Below, piece by piece: positions 36,791-48,374 of a DNA stretch of 64,000 bases. Position 1 is the first letter of the stretch; each line of letters starts with the position of its first letter. The translations under genes were made by a program, and so were the position numbers. The stretch covers positions 23,374,001-23,438,000 of the forward strand of contig NC_043000.1 of NCBI RefSeq assembly GCF_006345805.1, in the 5' to 3' direction. The stretch is from Octopus sinensis (Eukaryota). The notes under the pieces are model-generated. The model did not search any database. It was not told the DNA's origin and saw nothing but the letters and a program-made list of their open reading frames with translations.

Positions 36791-37169
36791 TAAAATAATG
36801 CTTTTGTTCTACCAAATACAAATCATTTCATATCTTTCAAAACAAGTTTATCATCATATAATTCATTATACAATTTCCTAAATGATCACAAGTATAATCA
36901 TCTCATTAGCTATTCAAACAATAGTGATGCAATCAGTACAAATTAATAACATCAATACTATTTTGAGCAAAATATAATTTTATTAGTTTGATTACTGATG
37001 TACAGTTTTCTTGGTTAAGCCTCATCTTTAGAGTTTATCATGAGATTTTTTTAGATTAATGTAGTTCATTTTTGATGTTTCATATCTTATAAAATAATTC
37101 CTTTATTCAAACTCTAAACACTTAGAGGAAGCATTATTGATGTAATAACTACACACACACACACACACA

Positions 37170-37281
37170 TTGGCCTGCTCGCTTAGCCAGTGGAGTGGTG
37201 TCATTTGAAGGCTAAAACAATGTTAAGCGCATTGTGACCAGCGATGTGTAGCAACATCTGATAGCCTGGTCGGTCACGGTG

Positions 37282-37283
<2 letters not shown>
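37170..37283 (+). mobile_element. 5'-truncated SINE tail T1 between (CA)n and (TA)n microsatellites
   Basis: ttggcctgctcgcttagccag...gatagcctggtcggtcacggtgat matches the reverse complement of 7918-8032. Confidence 0.85.
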
Positions 37284-37337
<54 letters not shown>

Positions 37338-39893
37338 ACCAATAGTTTGCAAAACTGCATCTTCTATGGACACAGAATAAAAGACAAGTTGTTTATGAAC
37401 ATTGTTATATATAAAGTTGTCTAAAATAAGTCTGTCAATATTATTACATATTTAATATAGAATTGATGTTGTCTGCATGTATTTTAAAAATAATTGTACA
37501 AAAATGGAAATTTCTTTAACATATCAATGATTAAAAATTTTTTTTATTTACACTAAGTTATGTTAGTATATATCTTGTATTTTCATTTCCACGAAACCAA
37601 ATAAAATTTAATTCTTTCTTGCAAATTTCACATTTTTGTACATCTTGTTAACATAGTTAGTTTTGTTAATCTAAAATTTATTATACTTAAGAAATTCTAT
37701 CTTCCATTATGTCAACAGTGGTTGTAATTTGCTAGCAACGTATTTCTAACAGTAGTATACTGTATGTAGGCTTATTTTAACTTGCTTTCTCCTAGTTTTT
37801 CTTTTACTTTTAGCTTGTACAAACTTCCTCTCTAAATTTATGTATTATTAACTAGATAAACAATATTATGAATACACTTGTCACTTCTGCGAGTGTTTAT
37901 ATTTCATTTGCTTGTAGTATTTTGATAGAATCCTTTCTAAAACTCCATTACCATAATCATTAAAATTATATGTACATGATGTTTGGTATATATATATATC
38001 CTTTCACTGCCCTAACAAATGCATACTCATGAGAAACTGTAGGTTGTGGCAGAGAATAGCATTTATTTTTTATAATAATAATTGTGGATTTAAACACAAA
38101 GTGAATTTCTTCTGTACTTGTTCCTCTTCCATCTCATTCGTCTGCATCTGCACTGATATATATTCTGAATACTATGGAATATTGAAAATTGATAGTGGTG
38201 GTGGGGCATAATGGTGGAATGATTTTCTAAAGGAGTAAAAAGAAATCCAGCAGATATAATGGAATTTAGGATAAACTGAATTCAGAAGTGATTGGAAATT
38301 GAAGGTGTCATGTGTATCTTCTTTGAAGAGAAAAGATCCATATTGATTTATAAAATAACCAGAACATGTGTTGTGAAAATTAGCAAAAAGAATGAAGTGA
38401 TTTAGCAAAAAAGTTGTTAAATCACAAAATTCAGAAAGAAATTTGTTTTATAATATTCACTGTTGTTGAGTATTTGTGTTAAAACCTTTTCAGTATTGTT
38501 GGTAGTTTCACACCTGATTTTTCTGCTAGCTTCCATCATCATAAATCTATAGCTTTGCTTGCTCACTTTCCAGCCACTTGTGATTTTCATCATTCCTTAT
38601 TCCTCTAAGTTATATCTTTGGTCTACTTTTGTCTTAAAAACCAGTTAACATTATTATTATTATTATTTCTAATACTCTTTATATCAATTGATTTAATCTA
38701 AAATCATTACAGTTAATGAAAATCAACTTGTTTACATGAAGCATTGCTGTTGTTTATATTGCGTTAGCTTTATTTAAATCAATCCATTCTTTGACTGGCC
38801 TATATATCAGACAAAGATTGATTGGTAGTTTAATATGAGCATTGTGAAGAAAAATTAAATTTAGAAATATTTATGAAAATGTCATTCTTTCTTTTCTAAT
38901 TTATTTATGGGATATATAAGAAAGATCTAGACCAAAATAAATGTTGTAAACTTACACAGCCAACAAGGGAACATTTACATAGCTTTTTGACTTGCTAAAA
39001 ATAGCAGCCAAGTCTCCCACATAACACATCCTTTCATGCTAAAAAGAAAGAAAGGAAAGAAAACCTATAAGTAGTCCTTGATACACTGCTTTGAAAACTA
39101 TGATGGTCATTACTAGAAGGCTTTTGCTGGTACATATGCTCAAGCAAGGTTGATGTGGGACTAAGCAACAAAACATGAAAACATAGTTTTGGAAATGAGG
39201 AACAAGACCCGAATATTACATATTGAAATATAAGGCGAGAGTCAAAGCTATAAAGCCAGTTGTTTATCAACAAACCTGATCTCTTTGAATAAACTCAACT
39301 CTTAGTGAACATATAGAGAAATTATTTTTATTAGACTAAGGGATTTAATGGCTGTGCCTTCAGTATAGTCACAACTCACTGGTTTTCAACAAGCAAAATA
39401 GTAACACAACACATTTACAATTGATACAAATATCAATATCAAACTATTTACCTAAAACAAAATGTTACTGGAATATGAGATGTTTAAGAGTTTTTCCTCT
39501 CAGTTTTCCAAATACATCAAAAGAATCAATAAATTATGGGAAAAAATATAGATATATAGAATTTTTTTTTTAAAAGGATACATATAAAAGCCAAACTAAT
39601 CTATATATTATTGGTTTTAAGTATTCTTTTTTCTCTATTGACATTGGTTTAACAAATTTACTAAAGTAATTTATGCACAAATTGCATACCTCACTAAGAT
39701 ATCTTTCCTAGCATTCTCTGACCTCAGCCTACTTTTGCTTATGACGGCTTCCAACACACAATGCCACTGTCCAACATTCACTGTATATCAAACCAAATTC
39801 ATTCATCATTTTAAAAGAATATTTCATTTGTTTTCATTCATTCACAATATTTTTATTTCAAGATATTGTAAAACCATCACACACACACACACA

Positions 39894-41127
39894 CAAGGTG
39901 GTATCCAAAAGTTCCTGGACTAGTTCTGTAGCAAGCCAACAGATAGCAGCACATGGTTGCATGTGCAATAAGAGCTAGTAGTCACCTTCATAGGGCAGTG
40001 TGCCAAGTGACATTGCTGTGTTTACTTTGCAAGTTGTGAAATTTGGCTTTTTTGTGATCATGTGTTTGCTATAGTCTGTGATTTTGTCATGGAGGCGCAA
40101 TGGCCCAGTGGTTAGGGCAGCGGACTCGCGGTTTCGATTCCCAGACCGGGCGTTGTGAGTGTTTATTGAGCGAAAACACCTAAAAGCTCCACGAGGCTCC
40201 GGCAGGGATGGTGGTGATCCCTGCTGTACTCTTTCACCACAACTTTCTCTCACTCTTACTTCCTGTTTCTGTTGTACCTGTATTTCAAAGGGCCGGCCTT
40301 GTCACTCTCTGTGTCACGCTGAATATCCCTGAGAACTACGTTAAGGGTACACGTGTCTGTGGAGTGCTCAGCCACTTACACGTTAATTTCATGAGTAGGC
40401 TGTTCCGTTGATTTGGATCAACCGGAACCCTTGTCGTCGTAACCGACGGAGTGCTTCCACTAAAAAAAAAAAAAAGATTTTGTCATGGACAGGAACAAAG
40501 AGCCAGCATGAAATTCTGCATTAAACTTAGGAAGTCTGCTACAGAGATGTTGAGCATGCTTCTGCAAGCTTAACAGTGATGAGGCAATGAGTTGTGTACG
40601 ATGTTTCGAGTTGCACAGTCACTTCAAAAGCAGAAGATCTGGCACAAGTGTCACCCCTGGAAATGTGTTATTGTGCATTGAGAGTTCTACTGCGATGTTT
40701 TGAAGCATTCGAGGGAGGGCGTTCGATGAAAGCTGCTGGGTCTGTGGAGTGTGAAGAATTAGATTCTTCGCCAAGCTCTCCTCACTTGTGAGTTTCTCAC
40801 CAAAAACAACATGGTATCACTTCCACACCTGCCCTATTTGCCAAATTTAGCAAATGTGGACTTCCATCTCTTCCCCAAGATGAAAATGCAGCTCAAAGGT
40901 CACTGTTTTAACACTGTTGCTGAGATCCAGAGTGAATCACAGAAGGTCCTCAACTCACTTACGGAAAACAACTTCCAGGTTGCATTCCAAAAGTAGCAGG
41001 AAAACAAGGACAAGTGTATTGCTGCACAAGGTGACTATTTTGAAGGAGATGATGTTAAATCTTGGGTAAATAAGCTATTATTTTTTTTATTAAACATAAC
41101 TAATCTGGGAACTTTTGATACTACTTG
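39894..41127 (+). mobile_element. Non-autonomous mariner (copy A) carrying a SINE insertion
   Basis: Degenerate TIRs CAAGGTGGTATCCAAAAGTTCCTGGACTAG / CTAATCTGGGAACTTTTGATACTACTTG; transposase remnants KFCIKLRKSATEMLSML and LPYLPNLANVDFHLFPKMKMQLKGHCF; collinear with 50747-51422. Confidence 0.88.
40094..40475 (+). mobile_element. Full-length tRNA-derived SINE (head H1, tail T2, poly-A) with a 14-bp target duplication
   Basis: GATTTTGTCATGGA at 40080-93 and 40476-89; A-box TGGCCCAGTGG at 40101; B-box-like GTTTCGATTCC at 40131; A14 tail. Confidence 0.92.
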
Positions 41128-41429
41128 GTGTGTTTGAGTGTGTGTGTGTGTGTGTGCATGTAATCATCATCATAATTCTAATCTGTACTTTTCCATGCTT
41201 GCATGGGTTGGCTGGAATTTATTGAGGCAAATTTTCTATGGGTGGATGCTCTGCCTGTCACCAACCATCACCTGTTTCCAGGCAGGGTGATATTTCCCTA
41301 TGATCAGGCATGACAGAAGACTGGGAACAAAGGACACTACTTGCACGACAGTATCACTTGTTTACAACTAACAATATGTCAAGGCAAGGAAACAGTAACA
41401 TATGTATGCATTCATGCACATGTGCACGT

Positions 41430-42120
41430 GCACGCACAAACACACACTGTCCATCTAAGTAAACATGAGGCTCTTAAGGCTTGTTGTTTCTATCTATGCC
41501 TCTCTTCCCTGCAACTCATCTACCTAACACCCTTCCCTCCCCCTGATTGTGTTCACCATTCACTATGTGCCCCCCCCCCCCGCTCCATCTCCTGGTCTTC
41601 TTTTACACTCTCACAAACTTGTTCCTGGTGGGTGTCTCTCTCTACAACTCGTTTTCTTAACACCCCTCCCCACCATATCCCACTACTTTCACACTCTCGT
41701 GAACTTTCCTGCCCCCTAACCCTATCCAATCTCCCGTCCAACATATCTTCATCACCATCTGCTTTCTCTGTCTCTTCTCTTCTTCCATCAGAGGTAGCCA
41801 TGTATCTCCTACTGTAAGGCACCTGTTTCTCTTACCTCCTAATCTCTTTTGACCTGGCACAAAAGCCACCTCTCTCAGTACCACTTGCCCCTCAGTTGAA
41901 GCGTCTTTGTCTTGCAAGTGACTTGGTATCCTTGTTGGTGCTGGTGCCACATAAGAAGTACCCAGTGTATTCTGTAAAGTGGTTGGCATTAGGAAGGGCA
42001 TCCAGCTGCAGAAACCATGTCAGAACTGACAGTAGAGCTTGGTGCAGTCATCTGGCTTGCCAACTCCTGAAACTGTCTGCCAGCATGGTAAAATGGATGT
42101 TCAATGATAATGATGGTGAT
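41430..42120 (+). mobile_element. CT-rich retroelement 3' region with RTE-type tail
   Basis: Pyrimidine-rich body then gtggttggcattaggaagggcatccagctg...gccagcatggtaaaatggatgttcaatgataatgatgg; related to 9460-10005. Confidence 0.6.
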
Positions 42121-43274
42121 TATATATATATGATCGACTTTGAGTTTCTGTCTACCAAAGACACTTGCCCAAGGTGTCACACAGTTGGACTGAATCTGAA
42201 AGTTGGAAAGCAAACTTCTTACCACACAGCCATACCTGCATCGATATATAATTTAATTTAATGTATCAGGTTAGCCTTATGTAAAGAGAGAATATATTCA
42301 GTATGATTGTAAAACTCTCTATATCTCTTCCTTCTTATACCAATTCTAACTATTGACTAGTCTACTATGTCAAATAATATACTGCTAACTAGGTAGTAAG
42401 TGTTCTCTCTCTTCCTATTTTAGTGATCCATTGCTACAGTCCGTAATCTTTTATAGATGACCAGATCACAGTTATTGCTCTTTGGCATTTGTTGGTTATA
42501 TTGCCATTATTGATGGTGTGGGTCCAAAAATTTTACAACTACTAACTAGAATGTTCAGAATAGGATTTGTTTCCGTTCTGATTCTTTTTCAACTAACCCT
42601 TTTGCTTAATTAAACCAGAATTTTATCCACACACATTTCAATACTTTAAATCATATAATCCTTTATATTCACGAGTATAATTTGGCCTATCAGATTGGTT
42701 TCTTTAATGAAGTTGTATTGTCATTTTCATTTTGTAAATATTATTTATAGTTGTATTTAATTAAGATAGGAATTATGGAAGATCTTAGTAAAATAAACAA
42801 ATGTTATTCAAATATTTAATTGAAAATACGTCTAACAGTGAAAAAAAAAAAGCAACCAAGCAAGAAATGTTGCAGTCATGCATCTTTTGAATTCTAGCCA
42901 CACAAAAATTCCCCTTGTATAGTCCCCCCCCCCATATACTTTTATATATATATATAATTCCTCCTAGATTTATTTACAAAATCAACCTAGAACTGCAGAT
43001 TAGAACCTAGAACTACAGATTCTCTAGATTAATTTTGGAGAAAATAAATATGCATCAATATTGAATTCTTAGGTTTTTTCCTCCTCCCCTTCCTTTAAAA
43101 TTCAATCAGTTAAAATTTGATTCGTATTGAGAATTTTATTTAAAAAAAAAAAAAAGATACGAAATTAATTTTTCATTTATTAAAAATATTTAAGGACAGA
43201 ACTGAAAATTTGTTATTTTATTTATATTCTTATTTGAAAAATATTCACTTTATCTGAGTGTTGGCCTTTGTTGC

Positions 43275-43310
43275 TATATAAAAGAAGTGTGGAATGTAGC
43301 CAATCAATGA
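43275..43310 (+). promoter_or_regulatory. Candidate Pol II core promoter (TATA plus Inr, with an overlapping CCAAT box)
   Basis: TATATAAAAG at 43275-84; TCA with A at 43306, 29-31 nt downstream; AGCCAATCA at 43298-43306; second TATAAATA at 43443; donor CAG|GTATTG at 43538/9; CpG-rich tract directly downstream. Confidence 0.45.
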
Positions 43311-43557
43311 TGTAGGCAGACAGCCGGTCAGGCAAGCAGGCAGACAGGCAGACAATTGTCAGTGTCCCTTTGCTAGGCAGTCCTTGCTGTTAGGCTGAAA
43401 ATTTCTGTGAACATCGGTTACAACAAAGAAATCAACTACTGCTATAAATAGCCATGTGAAGGCACTAAAGCAACAGCCTTTGACCTGTTCAAAAACCACC
43501 GGTAGAAAATTGTCAGAGTCCAATGTACTGGTATTCAGGTATTGTTTTTGTAAATAT

Positions 43558-44917
43558 CGTTTCTTCATCTGTCTTCAGTTGTAGTTCTTTGCTCCTGCTA
43601 CAATGTCTTGTATATCGTCAGCTCGGGATATTATCTCCTCTTTGCTCACATTTTAATGCACTACCACCACCGCTATCGCTGCTACCACTCATGGCTTTTT
43701 CTTTTTTCCCCCCTCTCTCTTCTTTTTTCTCTCACCCTTTGCTTAAATTTCCATCTTCTTCTTCTCCAGAAGCCTGCTCTTTTATTGTTGTTGTCTTTCT
43801 CGCTGTCACTCCTCTGATTTCGTTTCATCGTCCTTTGTTACTGCACAAGGATTAATAAAAACACGATCTATCTATATTATACGGTGTTTCTACTTTTGCT
43901 TTTTCTAACGAAAACGGTGTGTTGTTTTTGATTTAGCAGTATCTGCATTAGTTGTCATTGTTGGCATAGTTATTATTACTAGTTGTTGTGGTTATTATTA
44001 TTTATTATTTATTATTATTATTTAGTTACTGTTGTTTTTGTATCTTTTACATTGCATCCACGTTCTTTTATTTGTCCACCATTTCTGATAATGCAAATAA
44101 AAGCCTTTTAATTTTTTAAAAGGTTCTAGGAATATTTTGCTTTAATAGCAGCTGGTTGCTTGATTAAAAGTTAAGTTTCTTGATAAACGGCTGATTCTTT
44201 TCGACTATTCACTTTACAACTTGTTACTACATTTTAAAAGTTTTATTACCTGTCTTCTTATAATAATAATAATAATAACTTGTAATGTTTATAACTGTAG
44301 TTGATTGACATGTCTTACGAAAATATGTCCATTTGTTTTCATCATTTCTGGTTTAGTTTTGTAATAAACATATTAATGTATTTCGTATTAAACGTATGAA
44401 AAACTAATTGGAGCAGTGAAAGTTTTAATTTTTAATTACTGTCTCTGTTTTGTTAATACGTATAAACACAAATACTGCATACGATTTCAAGATTGATTAT
44501 CCATCACTATAAAGAAATAGGATCTAAATTAAATTTTAAAAAACATTGTTTTGATATTAATTTAATCTTCGTGTATTTCACGAATTTTATGATATTTGTA
44601 TTCGGAATTTATTAACTGGAAAAAAACAAACAAACATGTTTAAATGTCTGTCTTACGCATATAAACACACATGTCGGCATTTCGTCAAAATAGTGTGCTC
44701 ACAAAAGAAATAAATAAAGCAGTCTTTGAGCCTAAATAGATTTACTCCGGTGATGGCATATCACTATATTCATTTTTTAAATTTGATTCTTTCTGGTCAT
44801 CTCATTGGCACACACTCCTTTCTTGTTCGTAAAATAAATAAATAAATAAATAAAAATCTTGCTCTGTTATGCAATTCCGACATTAGTTTCACTTTTTATA
44901 TACCAAAATCAAACCCG
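43558..44917. promoter_or_regulatory. CpG-retaining (putatively unmethylated) tract
   Basis: I counted 30 CpG in about 1.36 kb versus 5 in the next 1.36 kb, although the tract is very AT-rich and shows no recognisable transposon. Confidence 0.55.
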
Positions 44918-45047
44918 ATCTATTTTTTGGTCTTATTAGTCAGCTGAATATTATTTAGCTGTCTATGTTTTAGCAGAATATTGGTGACATTGGATAATCA
45001 TAATCAGAAGGGCATTTTACTTCCTGTTGAAAAATAGTAAGTTTGTA

Positions 45048-45079
<32 letters not shown>

Positions 45080-45309
45080 TGCAAGAGAATTATTATATAA
45101 TTAGACTTTAACATTAACCAAATTTCTTAGGTTGTTGTTATTGATGAAGCTAGTAAGCGAGTTAATAATATTGTTTATTGGTGGTGTTATCAAGGCCATG
45201 AGATCAGTCTATCTCCAGTAACTAACTGATAAATCTGTACTAATTTAATTTCCTAGAGTAATTGGTATCTGGAATTAAAGAATATTTGTAGCAACAAACA
45301 AGTCTGATT

Positions 45310-45780
45310 CTCTTACCTCCAGTCCTTTAACAGCTAACTTAAGATCCACTTTAACTAAATTCCCCTCAACATTTCTAAAGTTCTGTAGCATATATGCTCT
45401 TCTACTTACAACATATCTCGTCAGTTTGTATTACATGTCCAAATCAGTGTAGTCCTCTTTCTATTACACATTAACTAAATGTTTTAATACTATGTTACCT
45501 TCTTAGCTGGTTTTGTACTCCATCTCTCTTCATATTGCGCATTTAGCTAACTATTATTCACTGATTCCTTATTGCAGTATATCTTCTGTATTTCCTGCCA
45601 TACAGTATCAAATTGTTTGCCCTTGTTTCGTGTTATCTTTTTGTATATAGAGAGTAAAAGTCTTAGTTGCAAAAAAAGAATAATGATTCCTCAAACTTCT
45701 CCCATCCCTTACTTTCATTACATATGTACAACTTTTAGCATGTCAACTAAACAGTCCATGGTTTTTAATAGCTAATTATA
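45310..45780 (-). pseudogene. RTE LINE relic
   Basis: The minus strand gives GLH*FGHVIQTDE (cf. RLRWFGHVMRMDE) with decayed RTE-like sequence upstream; boundaries approximate. Confidence 0.5.
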
Positions 45781-46497
45781 CTGCTAGTTTCTTCCATGCA
45801 TATAATATTTTCATAATTTTAGTTTATCAATATACTCAGTATCCTGATGTACAATTTCTGCAGATATATATATATTTTTTGTAGTGATAGTATTAAGTTC
45901 TGATCTAATTGTCCTGTGGAACCCAAAGAAGGCCAACTCAATTAATATTGTTGACTTTTCCCCTTCATAATTCAAACTTCCTTGTCGAAAGATTGTGCAG
46001 TGAGAAGCAAATCAATCAGATTCATTTCATATAAAACCCACCCTTGGACTCTTGTGTTATTTCTTAAAATATTAGAAAGATTGAAGCAAAAGATTTGGAA
46101 GCCAAGATCTTGATATCAAATCAGCTCTTCAATACTTTTACTGCTGAACTCAAATTAACATTTAGCATCATGAGTGACTCTCTAAAAAATTCTTCCAAAG
46201 TGTTCCATTCCCCAGCTTGCAATTCACTTTTCTGAAAATATGGCAATAATTTTGTTATTGTGACTACAAATGGATAAATCAGTTCTATATTAACATTACA
46301 TTGCTGTAAATACTAATCTGGTTCTGTATGATTAAATATTGTTTAAAATACCCCTTTACAAAGTGTCTGCTTGCCATCCATAATTATGATTATTTGAATT
46401 GGTAAAACAAAGTTGTACACACTGGCAAAGAATTTCAATAGTTTACATTTCCAGTAAGTTTATCATCCTGAAATGTATTGGATAGCAAAATATGTCA

Positions 46498-46890
46498 GTA
46501 GGTGCGGGTGTGGCTGTGTGGTTAAAAAGCTTGCTTCCCAACCATGTGGCTTTGGGTTTATGCCTATTGTGTGCACCTTGGACAAGTGTCTTCTTCTATA
46601 ACCTGCAAGCCAACCAGACCTTGTGAGTGGATTTGGTAAATGAAAACTATATGGAAGCCTGGTGTGTGTGTATGTAAAACCCTTGTCTTGGCACCACATG
46701 GTAGTTGTAAATGAGCATCATCATAGCAAGGTTGTTCCTTTCCAATCTTCCATAAAAAATATGTCTAACCATGGGAAATATTAATGTTTATATTCTTGGC
46801 AACAAGAAGAGCATCTCGCCATAGAGAATCTGCACCAGCAAATTCATTTCACTCATGCAAGCATAGAAAAGTGAACATGATGATGATGTT
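46498..46890 (+). mobile_element. tRNA-head SINE (head H2) with RTE-type tail
   Basis: gggtgtggctgtgtggttaaaaagcttgcttcccaaccatgtgg...ccttgtgagtggatttggta...catgcaagcatagaaaagtgaacatgatgatgatg. Confidence 0.75.
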
Positions 46891-47559
46891 CGAAGAGTCA
46901 TTTATTTTACATTGCATTTGTGAATGATAGCATCATAGGTTACAGGTTTCTAATGTTCCAATCACAGGTTCACTGTGTTTGTGACTGCAAAAGTGACAAC
47001 GGATTGTCAGTAACTTCGTACAAAACATAGTGTAATGGACTGGTTTTGAAGAACTCTTGATTTTCAGTTTGATCCCTATATTTACCATATACATTGGTGA
47101 AAGATGTGACATTTTTTGCGTTCCAAATCATATCCAAAAAGTGTTGGTCTCACCCAAAACTAAGGTACTGGGAAAAGGGATCAAACTCAAAACCACAAGG
47201 TTGCAAAGCAAACTTCTTAACCATCTTTATTTCTCTCTGTAAAAAATATTTTTTTAATCCTTCATTTCCTAGTGTAAGGGAATGTCTATGTTAGGCTGCT
47301 CATTATTAAAAACTAAGTTACTAATGAGTTATCATCTGATGGATTGGCTTGAATTCTCTTTTGGAAAGATTTAAATTGTTCAAGCCACCCATACATATTG
47401 GGTAAATTTTCCTATAAGAAAGATCACTACTGTCTTTCCAAATGATGAAAAACCATTTTTTCACATGATTTAAAAGTTTGAACACCCTTTCAGTTATATA
47501 TACTTTCTAGTTGCCTTTTTTCTTCCTAATAGTTATTTCTCTAACACAATTATAGAATT

Positions 47560-48374
47560 TTGGGTTAAATTAGACGATATTATATGTCTCCTTGTTTTTC
47601 AGGAACAGTGATGTATTGAAGAACATAAAGATTAAAGTTGTAGTTGAGAAAAAGTTAGCTAACATGATGGATTGGAAGCCATCTGAATATTGGAAAAGTG
47701 TTACCTGCATCATGATAATTCACACTGCATTTCAAAATGCCAACATCATGACTGCTGCTCTGTGAGCACTGTAAAGGCTGTAAGACATGACCATGAGCAG
47801 CTGCAATGGAGACTAAGAAGCCATAATCAGCAGGAAGGTGATGGTCTTTGGGTGTGTTTCCATTGAGGGTAATATCATGCCACCTCACATCTTTGAACAA
47901 AGCCTTAAGCTCAATTCAGATGGCTATGTGAATCTGCTGGAAACTATGATCAATCTCTGGCTGGAGGGGGTTACTGCTGGAAAGTCATGTATGACAGCAG
48001 GATTCAGGTCCTTACCATAACTCCAGAAATGTTTGTCGGAGAATTTCTACAACTTCACCATCCCCAATTTCTAGCCTCTTAAGTCCCCTGACAGAAATCC
48101 AATGGATTACTATGTGTGGAGTGCAGTTAGAAAAAACACCAACTGCCTGTAACACTGAGACTGAGCTGGTAGCCAAGATCAAGGTGTTTGAAGATCTCCC
48201 CAGCCCACAGTGAAGAATACATCTGCTAGGTTTTGGAGGCATTTTGAGGTTATGGTGGAAACTAAACTGTTATCTCCCAGCCAAAATCTAGTTAATATTT
48301 TTTTTTAATACTTTTATTTTTGGATAGGATATTTTGTTTTCACACAAACTGTCAGATTTAGCCTGAACATCCTT
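47560..48374 (+). mobile_element. maT (DD37D, mori-like) Tc1/mariner relic
   Basis: MVFGCVSIEGNIMPPHIFEQSLKLNSDGYV and SPDRNPMDYYVWSAV (maT-type SPD.NP.DY); TIR-like ACAAACTGTCAGATTTAGCCTGAACATCCTT followed by TA at 48375; the left end is unclear and the D-D spacing cannot be counted because of a deletion. Confidence 0.75.

Noticed and set aside
40094-40145. tRNA gene (also 8140-8203, 17370, 27682, 46505)
   Set aside because: A/B boxes are present but there is no complete cloverleaf, and each continues into a repeated body and tail, so these are SINE heads.
41341-42001. ORFs of 158, 114 and 89 aa as genes
   Set aside because: They overlap a pyrimidine-rich repeat element with an RTE-type tail; low-complexity translations and no recognisable domain.
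43523-43855. 110-aa and 69-aa ORFs near the candidate promoter
   Set aside because: They run through CT-rich low-complexity sequence downstream of a likely splice donor; S/L/F-rich translations are typical of non-coding pyrimidine tracts.
45131-45152. Micro-exon reading VVVIDEA(S), resembling the SF1 helicase Walker B motif
   Set aside because: It derives from a (GTT)n-like tract next to SINE and RTE debris, no other helicase motifs were found, and its phase does not fit the 52055 exon.
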